A stretch of 64,000 bases of DNA from an uncultured archaeon (GTDB taxonomy: Archaea; Thermoplasmatota; Penumbrarchaeia; JASLWR01): positions 9,265 through 73,264 of the forward strand of contig CAYSHM010000015.1 of the NCBI GenBank assembly GCA_964430885.1, written 5' to 3'. Of the stretch, positions 57,748-64,000 are shown one piece after another. The notes beneath the pieces are model-generated. The model saw only the letters and a program-made list of their open reading frames with translations. It was not told the origin of the DNA and searched no databases. The translations under genes and the position numbers were made by a program. Position 1 is the first letter of the stretch; each line of letters begins with the position of its first letter.

Positions 57748-59283
57748 TCATTCCGGATAATATCTGTCAATATATTCCTGTTCGATCCTCTTTAGTTCGT
57801 CCTTGGGTATTATCTGGCATAATTCCCAACCCAGGGAAAGTGTGTCCTCAATGGTCCTGTTCTCATTGGTACCCTGAGTAATAAAACGGTGCTCGAAAGC
57901 ATCTGCGAAGCGCAGGTATTTCTTGTCACGGTCGGAAAGCGCCTCTTCTCCCACAACCGACTCCAATTCCCTCTGGTTAATACCCTCTGCATAAGCTGCA
58001 TAAAGCTGATTGGAGACGTCATCATGGTCCTCACGGGTTCGGCCTTCTCCAATACCCTGTTTCATTAACCGGGATAGACAGGGTAGAACGTCAACAGGCG
58101 GAATGATTGATTTCCGATTCAATTCTCTTGACAGCACTATCTGTCCTTCGGTTATGTATCCTGTCAGATCGGGTATTGGATGTGTTATATCGTCATCAGG
58201 CATGGTAAGGATGGGTATCATTGTAATAGTACCTTCCTTTCCTTCGATCCTTCCGGCTCTCTCATAGAGATTTGCCAGATCGGTATACATGTAACCGGGA
58301 TACCCCCTCCTGCCCGGAACCTCTTCGCGAGCGGCAGCTATCTCCCGGAGAGCCTCGCAGTAATTGGTGATATCAGTCAGTATTACAAGTATGTGCATGT
58401 CCTTCTCGAAGGCGAGATATTCAGCTGTTGTCAATGCCATACGCGGAACGATTATCCTCTCAATCGCTGGATCATCTGCCAAGTTCAGGAAAACAACACT
58501 TCTTTCAATGGCTCCGGTTCTCTCGAAATCCTTCACAAAGAAGTTAGCCTCTTCCGCGGTGATCCCCATGGCGCAGAAAATGACTCCGAACTCCTCTTCC
58601 TGGGATCGGACCTCTGCCTGACGGGCAATTTGGGCTGCAAGATCGTTATGCGGGAGACCCGAAGCCGAGAATATTGGCAGTTTTTGACCCCTCACAAGGG
58701 TATTTAAACCATCAATCGTGGATATGCCTGCCTGTATGAAATCCTTTGGATATTCCCGGGCTGATGGATTAATTGGTGCCCCGTTGATGTCAAGCCTGAC
58801 ATCAGGAATTATTTTCGGACTTCCGTCAATTGGTTGCCCAGTACCATTGAATACTCTTCCCAGCATTTCCATTGAACAGGGTATCTTCATGGTTTCCCCC
58901 AGAAAGCGGACCGATGTATCCTTGGTGTCCAGCCCCTTTGTTCCCTGGAATACCTGGACCACAGCTTTATCCGTATGTGCTTCAAGTACCTGGCCTAAGC
59001 GGATATTTCCTGCGGAGTCCTTTATCCTTACGATCTCACCATATGCCACGTTTTCGATACGGTCCACCACCATCAAGGGACCTGATATCTCGCTTACAGT
59101 AGAATATTCCTTATCCTTGGACATGAGAAAAGATCGATCTTTCTTCTCTGAAAGATTCTTCTCCGGTTCTTTTTTTGTTTTTTCCGCTTCCAGCGCGTCA
59201 TCATCCCAGATGTCCGAGTTTTCGGGATCCTTGACCTCCTCCTCCTTCTTTTCGTCATAGTCCACCATTTCGAAATCGCTCAT
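57748..59283 (-). CDS. atpB: A/V-type ATP synthase subunit B with acidic N-terminal extension
   Basis: [57 protein letters not shown]. Confidence 0.97.
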   Translation of the reverse strand: MSDFEMVDYDEKKEEEVKDPENSDIWDDDALEAEKTKKEPEKNLSEKKDRSFLMSKDKEYSTVSEISGPLMVVDRIENVAYGEIVRIKDSAGNIRLGQVLEAHTDKAVVQVFQGTKGLDTKDTSVRFLGETMKIPCSMEMLGRVFNGTGQPIDGSPKIIPDVRLDINGAPINPSAREYPKDFIQAGISTIDGLNTLVRGQKLPIFSASGLPHNDLAAQIARQAEVRSQEEEFGVIFCAMGITAEEANFFVKDFERTGAIERSVVFLNLADDPAIERIIVPRMALTTAEYLAFEKDMHILVILTDITNYCEALREIAAAREEVPGRRGYPGYMYTDLANLYERAGRIEGKEGTITMIPILTMPDDDITHPIPDLTGYITEGQIVLSRELNRKSIIPPVDVLPCLSRLMKQGIGEGRTREDHDDVSNQLYAAYAEGINQRELESVVGEEALSDRDKKYLRFADAFEHRFITQGTNENRTIEDTLSLGWELCQIIPKDELKRIEQEYIDRYYPE

Positions 59284-61049
59284 AGTTCTCCCTCCAGTTC
59301 AATAAATTCTTTCTTTATATATGACTCTAGTTTTGAAAAGATTTCCTTGAACACCTTATTATCCGCAACTGCCATCCTGGACAATCTTTCCTTAATGGTA
59401 ACCAGCCCCTTCAGTTTCTCGACCCGCACTCCCCTGTCGAATGCATCCCTTAAAAGGTCATAATAATCCAGCATGATCTTCAGCATGAGGAACTGTTTGC
59501 CTGGTGGACAGTATGTATCGACCTTGTGATATGCGTTCTGTTGGAGAAAATCTTCTCTGACCACCCGAGATGCCTCAAGGGCCAGTTGGTCCTTTGCAGG
59601 CAATGCATCAGGCCCAACCAGCTGGACTACTTCCTGCAGTTCTTCTTCTCTCTGGAGAAGCTTCATTGCCCGCTTTCTGTAATCGTCCCATTTAGGGTCA
59701 ACGTTAATCTTCCACCATTCACTGGCACTCTCCATGTACAGTGAATAGCTCTTCAGCCAGTTGATGGATGGAAAATGTCTTCTGTCGGCCAGATCGGCGT
59801 CCAAGGCCCAGAAGACCTTCACTATCCTCAAAGTATTCTGTGTGACGGGTTCGGAAAAATCACCCCCTGGAGGTGATACCGCTCCGATAACTGAAATGGA
59901 TCCCATACTATCATTCTCTCCGAGTATCTTCACATAGCCGGCTCTTTCGTAGAAATCCGCCAATCGTGATGATAGATATGCAGGATAACCTTCCTCACCC
60001 GGCATTTCCTCCAGTCTACCTGAGATCTCTCTGAGTGCCTCGGCCCAGCGTGAAGTTGAATCTGCCATGAGTGCAACATCGTATCCCATATCTCTGTAGT
60101 ATTCAGCTAGGGTGATACCGGTATAAACGCTTGCTTCCCTGGCAGCCACAGGCATATTGGATGTATTAGCCAACAGGATTGTCCTGTTCATTAGGGGTTG
60201 GTCTGTCCTTGGATCCTTCAATTCCGGAAATTCTTGAAGGACCTCAGTCATCTCGTTCCCTCTTTCACCGCACCCCACATATACTATTATATCAGCATCG
60301 CACCATTTGGCCAGCTGATGCTGTGTAACGGTTTTTCCTGTTCCAAAACCTCCTGGTATTGCAGCGGTCCCTCCCTTGGTCAAGGGAAAAAATGTATCCA
60401 ATATCCTTTGACCGCTCATAAGTGGTTCTTCAGGGTCGAGTTTCTTGATATAGGGGCGCGCCTGCCTGACTGGCCAGTACTGAACCAAGGTTATTTCCTC
60501 TTCGCCTTTTTCAGTCTCAATCCGGGCAACTACATCTTTAAGGGTGTATTCACCTTCTTCGGCAATATATGAAATCTTACCTTCCAGCCCTGGGGGTACC
60601 ATGACCTTATGATCAACAACAGGTGTCTCTTCGACAATTCCCAAAATACACCCTGCTGAAATATCATCACCGCGTTTCAATACGGGTTCAAAATACCATT
60701 CTTTTTCGAAATCAAGAGGGTTGACCTCTATACCTCTGGTGATAAAAGACCCTGCTTTGGCCTGGATCTTGTAGAGAGGCCTTTGTATTCCGTCGTAGAT
60801 CATCCCTATGAGACCCGGCCCCAGGACAACCGAGAGAGGTCTTTCTGTCTGTTCAACGACTTCACCGGGAATGATCCCTGCAGTCTCCTCATAGACCTGA
60901 ATTGTTGCTTTGTCACCTTCAAGTCCTATGATCTCACCGATCAATCTCTCCCCGCCTACCTTTACAACATCATACATCTTTGCGCCCTTCATACCCTTAG
61001 CGATCACAACTGGTCCCGCTATGGAGTCAATGGTACCTTTTTTCATCAC
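59280..61049 (-). CDS. atpA: A/V-type ATP synthase subunit A
   Basis: GGFGTGKT Walker [48 protein letters not shown]; no intein. Confidence 0.98.
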   Translation of the reverse strand: MMKKGTIDSIAGPVVIAKGMKGAKMYDVVKVGGERLIGEIIGLEGDKATIQVYEETAGIIPGEVVEQTERPLSVVLGPGLIGMIYDGIQRPLYKIQAKAGSFITRGIEVNPLDFEKEWYFEPVLKRGDDISAGCILGIVEETPVVDHKVMVPPGLEGKISYIAEEGEYTLKDVVARIETEKGEEEITLVQYWPVRQARPYIKKLDPEEPLMSGQRILDTFFPLTKGGTAAIPGGFGTGKTVTQHQLAKWCDADIIVYVGCGERGNEMTEVLQEFPELKDPRTDQPLMNRTILLANTSNMPVAAREASVYTGITLAEYYRDMGYDVALMADSTSRWAEALREISGRLEEMPGEEGYPAYLSSRLADFYERAGYVKILGENDSMGSISVIGAVSPPGGDFSEPVTQNTLRIVKVFWALDADLADRRHFPSINWLKSYSLYMESASEWWKINVDPKWDDYRKRAMKLLQREEELQEVVQLVGPDALPAKDQLALEASRVVREDFLQQNAYHKVDTYCPPGKQFLMLKIMLDYYDLLRDAFDRGVRVEKLKGLVTIKERLSRMAVADNKVFKEIFSKLESYIKKEFIELEGEL

Positions 61050-61380
61050 AGAAGTTCACCCCTTCCAATAATCTATCATTATGACAGGTTCTCTGGGTTA
61101 GTATATTCATATATCTTAAAATTATTCCCGTCGAATTCCCGTTTTCAAAGAAATTTCATTTATTGAGCCAATGAACATATTTCCTTTGAGAAGTATATGA
61201 AATTGGATAATCTTTACTTTCGTTCACCCGGCCTAACATCATTATAAATATGAATACCAATAGCAAGTGTAATTCAATAATTAATATTCGAAATGTTCGG
61301 ATTGATCATCAAACGAATTATCCAATTCATTGGTGATTATTTCTTAAATTCATAGGGAATTGAGAATTTGGTGCAAGAAC

Positions 61381-63783
61381 ATGGAGCTTGAAGAAATTGA
61401 CCTGACAGACAGGCAGAAAGGAATAATCAAAGAGATGGGAATTGAAGAATTGTATCCACCCCAGAAGAAAGCTCTTCCTCATATTTTCAGGGATGAAAAT
61501 GTGCTTCTGTCTGTGCCAACAGCTTCGGGAAAATCACTCATGGGCTATATTGCAGCCCTAAAGGCTGTGAATCGGGGTAAAAAAGCTCTATACATTGTTC
61601 CACTAAGGGCTTTGGCTTGGGAAAAGGTTGAGGAGCTGTCATTATTTGAATCAATAGGGATCAGAATAGGTGCCGAAGTAGGGGATTATGATACACCTTC
61701 AAGAGAATTAACACATTGTGATATCATCGTGGCCACTGCAGAGAAAGCAGATTCCCTTCTCAGGCACAGACTGAAAATAATTCAGGATATTGGGGTTGTA
61801 GTAGCAGACGAAGTACATATGATAACCGAGAAAAAGAGGGGTCCGGTTCTGGAGATGGTTCTGTCAGAGATCCTATATTTGAACCCCAATTGCCAGATCA
61901 TCGCCCTATCCGCTACAATCCCAAATGCTCATGATATCTCCAATTGGCTCCAAGCGGTTAACATTTCCACCTTTTGGAGGCCGGTTCCCCTTACAAACCA
62001 TATCTATTTCGATAGGGGCATATATGATATATCAGAGGACGGGACATTTTTGGAAATCCCCCGGCCAGTATTAGAAACCGGCAGGGATCTTATACCTTTG
62101 GTAAAACAGGAAATATCCGAAGGTCATCAATGCTTGGTATTCACCAACACAAGAAGGAATGCCATGGCCGAAGCCAGGAAATTCGCACCGATAGTTGAAA
62201 AAGGTTTCATTAAGGGATCTGATAATAATTGGAAAAAGAGACCTTTGATTCTGAAGGAAGAATTTTTGGATGAAAATGCCGAGAAAAGCGAGATGGTAGA
62301 AGAAATGGCAGGCCTTATTGCCAAAGGTACTGCATGCCATCATGCTGGATTGACATATGGAATGAGAAAGGTAATCGAGAAGGGATTCAAGGATGGAACA
62401 ATAAGGTTCCTTTCTGCTACTCCTACACTTGCTACGGGGGTTAATTTGCCCGCAAGGATAGTAATCGTGAAGCATCTTCACAGATATGACGAAAGATCGG
62501 GGATGTCCCCCCTATCCTGCCTGGAGGTCAGACAGATGTGTGGAAGAGCAGGGCGGCCAGGTTATGATAATAGAGGGGAAGCCTTTATAAGAGCATCAAA
62601 TAGAAATTCAATTGACGATATTGTTCAAAGGTATTTTCAATCGGATGGAGAGACCATTAGATCAAAATTGGGATTCGAGGGAACTCTGAGGACCCACTTG
62701 CTTTCATCCGTTGCCTCTGGATTGATCAGGGATCTGAAGGGTCTTAAAGAATTTATTGAAAAAACACTTTATTTCCATCAAAAGGATAAAACAACGGTCC
62801 TTTCCCAGCTGAATGATTCTTTGATTTTTCTTTCGGAATGGAGATTTCTGGAATGTGAAGATGAAAACGGAAGGCCAGTATTAGAAATTCAGGATTTTCT
62901 CAATCACAGAAGCAGCAGACAGTATGAAGTATCGTCTTCCCCTTGGTTTACTGATGAAAATGTATTGAATGTCAATGGCCGGTTATTTGACATTGATGAT
63001 GATGGTAGGGGATTTATCAATGCATATGAAGGATTCAGAACAATATTGGATGATACCTGGTGGGAGAAAAACATATTCTTGAAGACCACTGCTTTTGGAT
63101 GCCGTACAAGCCAGCTGTATATAGATCCGCTATCGGCTCTGAATCTTATGACTGCACTCAACGCATTGAAAGAATATCATAACCGAAGGGATCATTCCAA
63201 TAATTCTCTTGATTCTAATATAATCGGGATATTTCATTCCATATCGTCATGTTCTGAAATGTCCAATCTGTATCTGAGAAGATCTGAGAAGATGGTTTAC
63301 AAAAACATCTATTTCGATTCCCCATCCAAATTTATTATTCCTCCACCCTCAGATCCATCTGATTTCAATACCTATTTGAGCGAGATCAAAACCGCCAGTT
63401 TATTAAATGATTGGATATCTGAGAATAAGGAAAATGATATTCTAAAAAAATACAACATAGGCCCTGGTGATATCCGTACTCGTATGGAAACAGCTGATTG
63501 GCTTCTCTATTCCATGAAGGAGCTGGCAAAACTTACTGGTTATAACTGTGAAGATGAATTCAAGAGTCTCCTTCTCAGGATAAAATATGGTATATCAAAG
63601 AACCTAACACCCCTTGTGAGAATTCCAAATATAGGAAGGGTCCGGGCAAGGGCACTTTTCAATTACGGATTCACAGATATTGAAAAGATAAGGAATGCCG
63701 ATTCAAAGGTACTCTCCAATATCAAGGGCATTGGTGAAAATTTAGCAGAAAGTATCAAGACATATACCCGGGACAATCATTAA
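61381..63783 (+). CDS. hel308: Ski2-like helicase Hel308/Hjm
   Basis: ELYPPQ, PTASGKS, DEVH, ALSAT, WRPVPL, HHAGL, TPTLATGVNLPA, QMCGRAGRPGYD, LYIDP, IGRVRAR (RAR motif), HhH tail. Confidence 0.95.
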   Translation: MELEEIDLTDRQKGIIKEMGIEELYPPQKKALPHIFRDENVLLSVPTASGKSLMGYIAALKAVNRGKKALYIVPLRALAWEKVEELSLFESIGIRIGAEVGDYDTPSRELTHCDIIVATAEKADSLLRHRLKIIQDIGVVVADEVHMITEKKRGPVLEMVLSEILYLNPNCQIIALSATIPNAHDISNWLQAVNISTFWRPVPLTNHIYFDRGIYDISEDGTFLEIPRPVLETGRDLIPLVKQEISEGHQCLVFTNTRRNAMAEARKFAPIVEKGFIKGSDNNWKKRPLILKEEFLDENAEKSEMVEEMAGLIAKGTACHHAGLTYGMRKVIEKGFKDGTIRFLSATPTLATGVNLPARIVIVKHLHRYDERSGMSPLSCLEVRQMCGRAGRPGYDNRGEAFIRASNRNSIDDIVQRYFQSDGETIRSKLGFEGTLRTHLLSSVASGLIRDLKGLKEFIEKTLYFHQKDKTTVLSQLNDSLIFLSEWRFLECEDENGRPVLEIQDFLNHRSSRQYEVSSSPWFTDENVLNVNGRLFDIDDDGRGFINAYEGFRTILDDTWWEKNIFLKTTAFGCRTSQLYIDPLSALNLMTALNALKEYHNRRDHSNNSLDSNIIGIFHSISSCSEMSNLYLRRSEKMVYKNIYFDSPSKFIIPPPSDPSDFNTYLSEIKTASLLNDWISENKENDILKKYNIGPGDIRTRMETADWLLYSMKELAKLTGYNCEDEFKSLLLRIKYGISKNLTPLVRIPNIGRVRARALFNYGFTDIEKIRNADSKVLSNIKGIGENLAESIKTYTRDNH

Positions 63784-63871
63784 CAGATTATCATTGGTCT
63801 TTATCGATTATCATGGGAATAATTGGCAGTCGAAAACATTGTTTCAAAGTACAGCAATTATTCACATTCAA

Positions 63872-63907
63872 AGAAAAAATGAAAAAAATGGGGGATGAAA
63901 ATCCCCC
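63872..63907 (-). terminator. Hairpin + T-tract terminator-like element
   Basis: GGGGGAT-GAAA-ATCCCCC (63890-63907) followed by T runs on the - strand. Confidence 0.65.
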
Positions 63908-63938
63908 TATATCCGTTTAGATACCTTGGGATATGATC

Positions 63939-64000
63939 TTACACAACCACATGCCAGTCGTTCTCATAGGTCAGTGAGGTGTCGTCAATGTTCTTAGCGA
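63939..64000 (-). CDS. Probable 3' end of a gene entering from outside the window
   Basis: Open frame ...AKNIDDTSLTYENDWHVVV* ending about 30 bp before the hairpin terminator; too short to identify. Confidence 0.45.
   Translation of the reverse strand, partial: AKNIDDTSLTYENDWHVVV

Noticed and set aside
59280-61049. Intein in ATPase subunit A (a common site in Thermoplasmata/Thermococci)
   Set aside because: The length (589 aa) is normal and [14 protein letters not shown] is uninterrupted.

Overview
Archaeal chromosomal window, most consistent with an uncultured Thermoplasmatota lineage (archaeal SRP RNA, tgtA, Hel308, Lhr, A-type ATPase A/B, PolB2 cassette, archaeal class III pilin signal, many large membrane-anchored PKD/Ig surface proteins). 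Housekeeping genes are interspersed with very large surface-protein genes. The most striking element is a 2403-aa protein (1576-8787, - strand). It has four ALK/LTK-like glycine-rich domains, then a PGF-CTERM-like anchor, then an INTERNAL class III (prepilin) signal and a complete ~161-aa pilin domain, which suggests an adhesin-pilin polyprotein. A paralog with the same scaffold but a different first module lies in tandem and runs off the window. Other notable items: a PolB2/arCOG07300/RadA-like cassette with a nearby SRAP gene (RadA-like, PolB2 and SRAP end in clamp-binding-like motifs); a 26-bp duplication of the 5' end of tRNA-Val flanking a 90-bp structured insert; a 2.9-kb mosaic tandem duplication joined at an 8-bp microhomology; and a stand-alone atpAB pair. 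All calls come from reading motifs by eye; no searches were run.
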